Assembly: GCA_017416185.1 (NCBI GenBank)
Contig: JAFQDF010000012.1
Coordinates: 32,965-96,964, forward strand
Direction of reading: 5' to 3'
DNA length: 64,000 nt
Origin: Clostridia bacterium
GTDB lineage: Bacteria > Bacillota > Clostridia > Oscillospirales > CAG-272
Of this stretch, positions 20,760 through 28,303 are shown one piece after another. The notes below the pieces were generated by a model. That model saw only the letters and a list, made by a program, of their open reading frames with translations. It ran no database searches and was not told the DNA's origin. Position 1 is the stretch's first letter. Each line of letters opens with the position of its first letter. Position numbers and translations under genes: made by a program.

Positions 20760-21398
20760 ATGATTATGAACAAAGCAGTTGCAAAAGGATTACTTTCCAT
20801 AGGTGCAGTATTTCTTCGTCCGGACGAGCCCTTTACCTGGGCAAGCGGAATCAAGAGCCCTATTTATTGTGATAACAGATTAACACTTACAGCTCCCGAG
20901 GTAAGAACTCTTATAGAGTCCAGCCTTGCAGAAAAGGTTAAGGAATTATACCCCGAGTGCGAGGTTCTTATGGGTACGAGTACCGCAGGTATCGCTCACG
21001 CGGCTATCACCGCTCATATGCTTGATATGCCTATGGGTTACGTTCGTTCCGGTGCTAAGGATCACGGCAGACAAAATCAGATCGAGGGTAAGCTTCTGCC
21101 CGGTCAGAAGGTAGTTGTTATCGAGGACCTTATCTCCACAGGCGGAAGCGTTCTTGAAGTAGTTGACGTGCTTCGTGAGGCAGGTGCTGAGGTACTTGGC
21201 GTTGTTTCTATCTTCACCTACGGTATGCAGAAGGGTCTTGACCGTATGGCTGCGGCAAACGTAGTAAACACCAGCCTTACCGACTTTGACACCGTATGCG
21301 AGGTTGCAGCTGAGATCGGCTATATCAAGCCTGAGGATATCGAAAGACTTAAGAAATTCAGAGCTAACCCCTCTGACGAAAGCTGGATAAACAAATGA
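20760..21398 (+). CDS. pyrE: Orotate phosphoribosyltransferase
   Basis: PRPP-binding loop [13 protein letters not shown]. 212 aa. Confidence 0.9.
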   Translation: MIMNKAVAKGLLSIGAVFLRPDEPFTWASGIKSPIYCDNRLTLTAPEVRTLIESSLAEKVKELYPECEVLMGTSTAGIAHAAITAHMLDMPMGYVRSGAKDHGRQNQIEGKLLPGQKVVVIEDLISTGGSVLEVVDVLREAGAEVLGVVSIFTYGMQKGLDRMAAANVVNTSLTDFDTVCEVAAEIGYIKPEDIERLKKFRANPSDESWINK

Positions 21399-22312
21399 GA
21401 CATTTAATTGATATTTTAGATTTAAGCGTTGATGAAATAGACGCGCTTCTTGACCGTGCGGATGATATTATCGCTAATCCCGAAAAGTATCAGGAGGTTT
21501 GTAAGCACAAGAAGCTGGCTACCCTTTTCTTTGAGCCCTCTACCCGTACAAGACTCTCCTTTGAGTCTGCTATGCTCTCTTTGGGCGGCTCAGTTCTCGG
21601 CTTTTCCGAGGCAAAGAGTTCTTCTGCCTCCAAGGGTGAAAGCGTATCCGATACTATACAGGTTGTTTCCGCATATTCCGATATTATTGCTATGCGCCAT
21701 CCTAAAGAGGGTGCTCCTCTCGTTGCGTCCTTCCGAAGCGGTGTTCCGATAATCAACGCAGGTGACGGAGGTCACTTCCATCCCACACAGACTCTCACCG
21801 ACCTTCTTACCATCCGCCGTGAAAAGGGCAGACTTAACGATCTGACCGTAGGCTTCTGCGGTGACCTTAAGTTCGGAAGAACGGTACATTCGCTTATATC
21901 CGCCCTTTCAAGATACACGGGAATCAAGATCGTGCTTATCTCTCCCGATGAGCTTAAGCTTCCTACCTATATGAAGACAGACGTTCTTGACAAGAACAAT
22001 ATGTCCTACCGTGAGACCACAGATCTTGTTGAGGCTATGAAAGAGCTTGATATCCTCTATATGACCCGTGTTCAGCAGGAGCGTTTCTTCAACGAGGCTG
22101 ATTATATCCGTCTCAAGGACAGCTATATCCTTACCAAGGACAAGATGGAATCTGCTAAAGAGGATATGTGCATACTTCATCCTCTGCCCCGTGTAAACGA
22201 AATATCCACCGAGATAGACGACGATCCCCGTGCCTGCTACTTTAAGCAGGTAGCCTGCGGTAAATTTGTACGTATGGCACTTATTATGAAGCTGTTGGAG
22301 GTGGAAGTATGA
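21395..22312 (+). CDS. pyrB: Aspartate carbamoyltransferase catalytic subunit
   Basis: FFEPSTRTR and HPLPR motifs. 305 aa. Confidence 0.92.
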   Translation: MRHLIDILDLSVDEIDALLDRADDIIANPEKYQEVCKHKKLATLFFEPSTRTRLSFESAMLSLGGSVLGFSEAKSSSASKGESVSDTIQVVSAYSDIIAMRHPKEGAPLVASFRSGVPIINAGDGGHFHPTQTLTDLLTIRREKGRLNDLTVGFCGDLKFGRTVHSLISALSRYTGIKIVLISPDELKLPTYMKTDVLDKNNMSYRETTDLVEAMKELDILYMTRVQQERFFNEADYIRLKDSYILTKDKMESAKEDMCILHPLPRVNEISTEIDDDPRACYFKQVACGKFVRMALIMKLLEVEV

Positions 22313-22725
22313 ATATAGATTCTATCAAGAACGGATACGTTATCGACCATATCAAGGCAGGTATGGCAATGGAGATATACCGTGTCTTAAAGCTGGGTAA
22401 GCTTGACTGCCCCGTTGCAATAATCAAGAACGCCGCAAGCGATAAGATGGGCAAGAAGGATATCATAAAGATAGATGCAATAATCGATCTTGACCTTAAG
22501 GCTCTCGGTTATATCGATCCGGATATTACAGTCAATTACATCAAGGACGGAGCTCTGGTGGAGAAAAAGCATCTTGAGCTTCCCGAACGCATAACCAATG
22601 TTATCAAATGCAAGAATCCCCGTTGCATCACCTCCTGTGAGCAGGAGCTTGACCACGTATTCAAGCTCACCGACCGTGAAAACAGGGTCTACCGTTGTAT
22701 TTACTGCGAATCAAAAGCTAAATAG
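22309..22725 (+). CDS. pyrI: Aspartate carbamoyltransferase regulatory subunit
   Basis: 138 aa with a C-terminal zinc domain (CKNPRC....YRCIYC). 4-nt overlap with pyrB. Confidence 0.88.
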   Translation: MNIDSIKNGYVIDHIKAGMAMEIYRVLKLGKLDCPVAIIKNAASDKMGKKDIIKIDAIIDLDLKALGYIDPDITVNYIKDGALVEKKHLELPERITNVIKCKNPRCITSCEQELDHVFKLTDRENRVYRCIYCESKAK

Positions 22726-22756
22726 TTTTTTGACCCAGTCAAAAAACATCCTTAAT

Positions 22757-22784
22757 TTTGCACTTTGCACTCTGCACTTTGCAC
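22757..22784 (+). repeat. Four tandem heptamers, TTTGCAC/TCTGCAC
   Basis: TTTGCAC TTTGCAC TCTGCAC TTTGCAC read directly, about 60 bp upstream of the pur promoter -35. Confidence 0.9.
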
Positions 22785-22843
22785 TTGTTCAGAATCTGCG
22801 ATTCGGAACATAAAAAGGACAGCCTTTGTTTACATTTGCGACA

Positions 22844-22872
22844 TTGATTTTAAGCTGACTTTGTGATAGAAT
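22844..22872 (+). promoter_or_regulatory. Promoter of the pur operon
   Basis: TTGATT (22844-22849), 17-nt spacer ending in TGa, then TAGAAT (22867-22872). Confidence 0.5.
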
Positions 22873-22887
22873 TACAAAGTAGTTAAA

Positions 22888-22966
22888 AGCGCCTTGTAAC
22901 TGACGGACACAAGTGGAATAAACCACAGGGAAACAAGGTGTATATTATGTCGACCGTCTGGGCAGT
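22888..22966 (+). promoter_or_regulatory. ZTP (pfl-motif) riboswitch aptamer
   Basis: CCUUGU-AACUGACGGACA-AGUGG..CCAC-AGGGAAAC-AAGG, a linker, then CGACCGUCUGGGCA. This matches the conserved ACUGGCG / GGGA / CCGCCUGGGCA cores with a compensated pseudoknot (GACGG with CCGUC). Confidence 0.8.
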
Positions 22967-22997
22967 CCTACTTTGATAGGACTGTCCATGTTTTTTT
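22961..22997 (+). terminator. Expression-platform terminator of the ZTP riboswitch
   Basis: GGCAGTCCTA-ctttga-TAGGACTGTCC then ATGTTTTTTT. The 5' arm overlaps the aptamer 3' pseudoknot strand, as expected for an ON switch. Confidence 0.75.
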
Positions 22998-23116
22998 GCA
23001 GAAAAACAAAGGACAGTCAAAATAAAAGAGAAGAGAGAAAAGAGAAGAGATAAGAGAAAAGGTAACTTTTCGCTTTGCGAAAAGTAGTTTTGATTATAAT
23101 TAAAGTGAGGATAGAT

Positions 23117-23605
23117 ATGAAAAAAATTGCGATCATTATGGGCAGCACAAGCGACCTGCCCGTTGTAGAAAAGGCAGTTGATACCTTAAAGGATTTCGGC
23201 GTGCCTTATGAAGTAAGAGTTATGAGTGCTCACCGTACTCCCGAGGCGGCAAGAGAGTTTGCGCTTAAGGCACGAGAGAACGGCTTTGGTGCTATGATAT
23301 GTGCCGCAGGCATGGCAGCTCACCTTGCAGGTGCCTTTGCGGCAAACACTACACTTCCCGTTATCGGTATTCCTGTAAAGGGCTCTACCTTTGACGGACT
23401 TGACGCCCTGCTTTCCACCGTTCAGATGCCCTCGGGTATGCCTGTTGCAACCGTTGCAATAAACGGCGCGGCAAACGCGGCTCTGCTTGCAATTCAGATG
23501 CTTGCAATAACCGACGAGGACCTTGCGGCAAAGCTTGACGCACAGCGCAAGGCTAATACAGAGAAGATCTATGCGGCTGACGAAGAAGTAAGAAATAAAT
23601 ACTAA
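23117..23605 (+). CDS. purE: 5-(carboxyamino)imidazole ribonucleotide mutase
   Basis: MGSTSDLP and SAHRTP motifs. Start moved to MKKIAIIMG (23117) behind GTGAGGA. Confidence 0.9.
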   Translation: MKKIAIIMGSTSDLPVVEKAVDTLKDFGVPYEVRVMSAHRTPEAAREFALKARENGFGAMICAAGMAAHLAGAFAANTTLPVIGIPVKGSTFDGLDALLSTVQMPSGMPVATVAINGAANAALLAIQMLAITDEDLAAKLDAQRKANTEKIYAADEEVRNKY

Positions 23606-23837
23606 TGAATTGACATCTCCGATGTCATGAATTGCGACACAGTCGCATAAATTGATGCTTCGCATCATGAATTGCACCTGTAGTGCATTAAGGTAGCTTT
23701 TCGGCAAGCCAAAAAGCAATTCAATTAAAATTGATTTTCGCTTCAGCGAAAATCTTCCTTAATGTGCATCAGCACAATTCATGGCAAAGCCAATTCATGT
23801 TGAAAACAATTCATGAAACCGTAGGTTTCAATTCATC
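23604..23837 (+). repeat. Hairpin-array element, copy A (purE-purM gap)
   Basis: Five left 9-mers of CATGAATTG type and five right 9-mers of CAATTCATG type, separated by short palindromes, with two longer central hairpins. 234 bp. Confidence 0.85.
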
Positions 23838-23885
23838 CTGAATTTTAAAAATAATATTTGATAAATAAATCGAAAGGCTAAAATT

Positions 23886-24926
23886 ATGGAAAAGAGTTTC
23901 AGCGAAAGCTATAAGGCATCCGGTGTTGACATTACAGCCGGCTATAAAGCAGTAGAATTAATGAAGAGTCATATCGCAAAGACTATGACCAGCGGTGTTG
24001 TAAGTGATATCGGCGGCTTCGGCGGTCTTTTTGAGCTTGACGTAAAGGGAATGGAGAGACCCGTTCTCGTATCCGGTACAGACGGTGTCGGTACCAAGCT
24101 AAAGCTTGCTTTCCTTATGGACAAGCACGATACGGTTGGTATCGACTGTGTTGCAATGTGTGTAAACGACGTTATCTGCGTCGGTGCAAAGCCCCTTTTC
24201 TTCCTTGACTATATCGCCTGCGGTAAGAACGTTCCCGAGAAGATAGCAAATATCGTTTCCGGTATTGCCGAGGGTTGTGTTCAGTCAGGAGCAGCACTTA
24301 TCGGCGGTGAGACCGCAGAGATGCCGGGATTTTATCCCATCGACGAGTATGACCTTGCAGGCTTTACAGTAGGTGTGGTTGACCGTTCTAAAATCGTAGA
24401 TAAGACTGCCGTTTGCGAGGGTGACGTTATCATCGCTCTTCCCTCCTCCGGTGTTCACTCCAACGGCTTCTCCCTTGTAAGAAAGGTATTTGACGTTGAA
24501 AAGAATGATATTAAGACACCCGTTGCAGAGCTTGGCGGTAAGTCTGTAGGTGAGACACTTCTCACTCCCACAAAAATATACGTTAAGCCTATGCTTGCTC
24601 TCTTTGATGAGGTCAAGGTAAAGGCAGTTTCCCATATCACGGGCGGCGGCTTCTATGAAAACATTCCGAGATCTCTTCCCAAGGGATTCGGTGCAAAGAT
24701 CGAAAAGTCTGCAGTTCGTATTCTCCCCATCTTTGATCTTCTCGCAAAGACAGGTAATATCCCCGAGAGAGATATGTTCAATACCTTCAATATGGGCGTT
24801 GGTATGAGCGTTGTTGTAGCTAAAGAAGATGCTGACAAGGTACTTGAGATCCTGCGTGCAAACGGTGAGGACGCTTACATCATCGGTGAGACCTACAAGG
24901 GCGAGGAGCCTGTGGTAATATGTTAA
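23886..24926 (+). CDS. purM: Phosphoribosylformylglycinamidine cyclo-ligase (AIR synthetase)
   Basis: 346 aa with AIR synthetase motifs ([22 protein letters not shown]). Confidence 0.92.
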   Translation: MEKSFSESYKASGVDITAGYKAVELMKSHIAKTMTSGVVSDIGGFGGLFELDVKGMERPVLVSGTDGVGTKLKLAFLMDKHDTVGIDCVAMCVNDVICVGAKPLFFLDYIACGKNVPEKIANIVSGIAEGCVQSGAALIGGETAEMPGFYPIDEYDLAGFTVGVVDRSKIVDKTAVCEGDVIIALPSSGVHSNGFSLVRKVFDVEKNDIKTPVAELGGKSVGETLLTPTKIYVKPMLALFDEVKVKAVSHITGGGFYENIPRSLPKGFGAKIEKSAVRILPIFDLLAKTGNIPERDMFNTFNMGVGMSVVVAKEDADKVLEILRANGEDAYIIGETYKGEEPVVIC

Positions 24927-25534
24927 AGCAGAGCTTTTTCGGCAGTCTTGCCGCAGGAGTTATGCTGACTATCGGTGCGGGAGTTTTCCTCTCCTGCGAC
25001 AACAAGGTAGTGGGCGCAGTTGCCTTTTCGGTGGCGCTTATGGTCATCTGTATGCTGGGTATGTACCTATATACAGGTAAGATCGGTATGCTTGCCGAGG
25101 ACTACAGCCCGGTAAATTTAGGCTGTGTTACGGTAGGTCTTATCGGAAACTACATAACAGCGACCTTAGGCGGTCTGGTTTTGGGTCTTGTTAAGCCTGC
25201 TCTTTATGAAAAGGCTGTAACGATGTGTGAAGCTAAATTAGAGCAGAAATGGTATATCGCAATTATCCTCGGTATCTTCTGCGGAATACTGATGTACACC
25301 GCAGTCAAGGGCTATGCCAACACCAAGCAGCCTATCATTTTAGTATTCTGTGTTGCGGTGTTTATCCTTTCCGGATATGAGCACTCTATCGCGGATATGG
25401 CGTACTTCGGTGTTGCAAGGATGTTCGGACTTAAAACAGTATGCTTTATCCTGCTTGTAGTCCTTGGTAACACTATCGGCGGTATGCTGATACCTCTCCT
25501 TATGAAAGGTGCAAAGAAAAATGAGAAAAACTAA
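24920..25534 (+). CDS. Short formate/nitrite transporter (FNT) family membrane protein
   Basis: 204 aa, multi-[15 protein letters not shown] (compare FNT GFEHSVANM) and C-terminal LGNTIGGML (compare NxxGNxxGG). Confidence 0.65.
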   Translation: MLKQSFFGSLAAGVMLTIGAGVFLSCDNKVVGAVAFSVALMVICMLGMYLYTGKIGMLAEDYSPVNLGCVTVGLIGNYITATLGGLVLGLVKPALYEKAVTMCEAKLEQKWYIAIILGIFCGILMYTAVKGYANTKQPIILVFCVAVFILSGYEHSIADMAYFGVARMFGLKTVCFILLVVLGNTIGGMLIPLLMKGAKKNEKN

Positions 25535-26120
25535 AATTGCGGTTCTTGTATCCGGCGGAGGAACAAATCTTCAAGCCTTGATCGATGCACAGAACTCCGG
25601 AATAATAAAAAGCGGTAACATCGAGCTTGTTATCTCAAACAAGGAGGGTGCATATGCCCTTACCCGTGCCGCAAATGCAAATATAAAAACAGAGGTCATA
25701 AAAAAGACTACACAAGAGGAATTTGAAGCGAAGATAATCGCTCTTTTAGAGGAGAATGAAATTCAGCTTATCGTCCTTGCAGGCTTTATGTGTATTCTGA
25801 GTGAGAATTTCACTTCAAAATATCCCAAGCGCATAATCAACGTTCACCCCTCGCTTATTCCGTCATTCTGTGGAGCGGGCTTCTATGGACTAAAAGTTCA
25901 CGAAGCGGCACTTGGCTACGGAGTTAAGGTAACGGGAGCTACCGTTCATTTTGTAAACGAGATCCCCGACGGCGGTGAGATAATTATGCAGAAGGCAGTA
26001 TATATCGAAGAAGGAGACACCCCCGAAATACTGCAGAAGCGTGTAATGGAACAGGCGGAGTGGAAGATTCTCCCCGAAGCAGTTGAACGAGTAAGTAAAA
26101 AAATATCGGAGGAACAGTAA
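25521..26120 (+). CDS. purN: Phosphoribosylglycinamide formyltransferase
   Basis: IAVLVSGGGTNLQA, NVHPSLIP and VHFV.E..D.G motifs. The start could be 25509 or 25521. Confidence 0.9.
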   Translation: MRKTKIAVLVSGGGTNLQALIDAQNSGIIKSGNIELVISNKEGAYALTRAANANIKTEVIKKTTQEEFEAKIIALLEENEIQLIVLAGFMCILSENFTSKYPKRIINVHPSLIPSFCGAGFYGLKVHEAALGYGVKVTGATVHFVNEIPDGGEIIMQKAVYIEEGDTPEILQKRVMEQAEWKILPEAVERVSKKISEEQ

Positions 26121-26121
26121 A

Positions 26122-26838
26122 ATGGCATTATTTGATCTTAAGAAATTATTATCCGAAAACACCTATCCCGGCAGAGGTATCGTAGTGGGAAAATCTGCGG
26201 ACGGAAAAAGTGCGATGATCGCATATTTCATTATGGGCAGAAGTGAAAACAGCCGTAACAGAATATTCGAGCGCTTTGAGGGCGGTATGAGAACAAAGGC
26301 TTTTGACGAGTCCAAGCTCTCCGACCCCAGCCTTATAATCTACAATCCCTACCTTAGTGCCAACGACGGCAAAACTGATATCATCACCAACGGTGATCAG
26401 ACAAACACCATCTATGATTTTGTAAACGAGGGTAAGACATTCGCAGAGGCTCTGCGTACCCGTGAGTTTGAGCCTGACTGCCCCAACTATACCCCCAGAA
26501 TTTCCGGAATCCTCGACTATGCCGATTCTGACTTTACATATAAGCTCTCTATTCTCAAGAGTGCAAACGGCCGTCCCGAGGTTTGTCAGCGTTTCTTCTA
26601 TGAATACGCTCCCGAAGCAGGTATAGGCCACTTTATCCACACCTACAAGTGTGACGGCAATCCCATTCCCTCCTTCTACGGCGAGCCCGAGGAGGTAGAG
26701 GTACCCAACACCGCAAAGGAGCTTGCTGATCTTTGCTGGGAGAACTTAAACGAGGACAATAAGGTTTCTCTCTTTGTCCGTCAGATTCCCCTTGACGGCA
26801 GTGAACCTATCGAAATTATCATAAACAAAAATGTTTAA
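26122..26838 (+). CDS. IMP cyclohydrolase, PurO-like stand-alone type
   Basis: 238 aa. N-terminus YPGRGIVVGKSADGKSAMIAYFIMGRSENSRNR is typical of the archaeal-type IMP cyclohydrolase family. It sits directly before the AICAR formyltransferase gene. Confidence 0.75.
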   Translation: MALFDLKKLLSENTYPGRGIVVGKSADGKSAMIAYFIMGRSENSRNRIFERFEGGMRTKAFDESKLSDPSLIIYNPYLSANDGKTDIITNGDQTNTIYDFVNEGKTFAEALRTREFEPDCPNYTPRISGILDYADSDFTYKLSILKSANGRPEVCQRFFYEYAPEAGIGHFIHTYKCDGNPIPSFYGEPEEVEVPNTAKELADLCWENLNEDNKVSLFVRQIPLDGSEPIEIIINKNV

Positions 26839-26851
26839 AGGAGTAACTGAA

Positions 26852-28036
26852 ATGAAAGAATTTGAACTTAAATACGGTTGTAACCCCAATCAGAAGCCTG
26901 CAAAGATATTTATGCACGACGGCACAGAGCTTCCCATCAAGATCCTCTGCGGACGTCCCGGCTTTATCAACTTCCTTGACGCATTCAACTCCTGGCAGCT
27001 TGTAAAGGAGCTTAAAGAAGCTCTCGGTATGCCTGCAGTTACCTCCTTTAAGCACGTTTCCCCCACCTCTGCGGCTGTCGGTACTCCCCTTTCCGACAAG
27101 CTCAAGAAGGCTTGCTTCGTTGACGATATCGAAGGTCTGGATGATTCTCCTCTCGCTTGTGCTTACGCAAGAGCAAGAGGTACAGACCGTATGTGCTCCT
27201 TCGGTGACTGGGTAGCACTTTCCGACGTTTGTGACGTTACCACAGCTACAATGATAAAGAGAGAGGTATCCGACGGCGTTATCGCTCCCGGCTATGAGCC
27301 CGAGGCACTTGAAATTCTCAAATCCAAGAGAAACGGTAACTACAATATCGTTGAGATCGATCCCAATTACGTTCCCGCCGAGATCGAGCATAAGCAGGTT
27401 TACGGCATCACCTTTGAGCAGGGCAGAAATAACTTCAAGATCGACAATGAGCTTCTCTCCAATATTGTTACCGCAAACAAGGAGCTTCCCGATTCCGCAA
27501 AGCGTGACCTTATCATCTCTCTTATCACTCTTAAGTACACCCAGTCCAATTCCGTATGCTTTGCAGTAGACGGACAGGCTATCGGTGTAGGTGCAGGTCA
27601 GCAGTCCAGAGTTCACTGTACACGTCTTGCAGGCTCTAAGGCTGACACCTGGTTCCTTCGTCAGTATGACAAGGTGCTTAACCTCCCCTTCAAGGCAGAT
27701 ATCAAGCGTCCCGACCGTGACAACGTTATCGACGGTTATATCAACCGTAACGAGGAGGACGTTTGCGCAGACGGTAACTGGCAGAAGTACTTTACCGAGC
27801 AGCCCGAGCCTCTGACCGATGCCGAGATCAGAGCATATCTTGACACCATTGACGGCGTAGCTCTCGGCTCTGATGCATTCTTCCCCTTCAGCGACAATAT
27901 CGAGCGCGCAAAGAAGTCCGGTGTTAAGTACATCGCAGAGCCCGGCGGATCTATCCGTGACGATATCGTTATCGAGTGCTGCGACAAGTACGGTATGGCA
28001 ATGGCATTTACCGGAATGCGTTTATTCCATCATTAA
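26852..28036 (+). CDS. purH: AICAR formyltransferase (PurH transformylase domain only)
   Basis: 394 aa. LKYGCNPNQ and the C-terminal AEPGGSIRD...MRLFHH are characteristic of the AICARFT domain. There is no MGS-like cyclohydrolase domain. ATG 26852 lies behind AAAGGAG. Confidence 0.85.
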   Translation: MKEFELKYGCNPNQKPAKIFMHDGTELPIKILCGRPGFINFLDAFNSWQLVKELKEALGMPAVTSFKHVSPTSAAVGTPLSDKLKKACFVDDIEGLDDSPLACAYARARGTDRMCSFGDWVALSDVCDVTTATMIKREVSDGVIAPGYEPEALEILKSKRNGNYNIVEIDPNYVPAEIEHKQVYGITFEQGRNNFKIDNELLSNIVTANKELPDSAKRDLIISLITLKYTQSNSVCFAVDGQAIGVGAGQQSRVHCTRLAGSKADTWFLRQYDKVLNLPFKADIKRPDRDNVIDGYINRNEEDVCADGNWQKYFTEQPEPLTDAEIRAYLDTIDGVALGSDAFFPFSDNIERAKKSGVKYIAEPGGSIRDDIVIECCDKYGMAMAFTGMRLFHH

Positions 28037-28046
28037 AACCTTCGGG

Positions 28047-28280
28047 CATGAATTGAAGCCTATGGCTTCATGAATTGGTTTCACCATAAATTGATGCTTT
28101 GCATCATGAATTGCACCTATGGTGCATTAAGGAAGCTTTTCGGCTCACCGAAAAGCAATTCAATTAAAATGATTTTTGCCAAAGCAAAAATCTTCCTTAA
28201 TGTATCCGAAGGATACAATTCATGACCGTAGGTCAATTCATGTCACTGACAATTCATGACATCGAAGATGTCAATTCATC
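28047..28280 (+). repeat. Hairpin-array element, copy B (purH-purD gap)
   Basis: Same 234-bp architecture and the same 9-mers as copy A. The side hairpins differ in sequence but remain palindromic. Confidence 0.85.
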
Positions 28281-28303
28281 ACAACAAAACAAAGAGGTAT
28301 AAT

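Noticed and set aside
22724-22750. Hairpin GTTTTTTGAC-cca-GTCAAAAAAC after pyrI, as the pyr operon terminator
   Set aside because: The stem is almost entirely A/T and has no trailing U-run, so it is too weak to call. Read-through from pyr into the pur leader cannot be excluded.
23604-23837. Reading the hairpin arrays as a CRISPR array, as terminators or as a MITE
   Set aside because: - **CRISPR rejected:** the repeats are only 9 nt, the spacers are 7-15 nt and themselves palindromic, the repeats switch orientation mid-array, and no cas genes are present.
- **Simple terminators rejected:** no U-tracts are present, and the elements sit between genes of one pathway operon.
- **MITE not excluded:** the termini are inverted, but I saw no target-site duplication or transposase. 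I therefore kept the element as an open finding.
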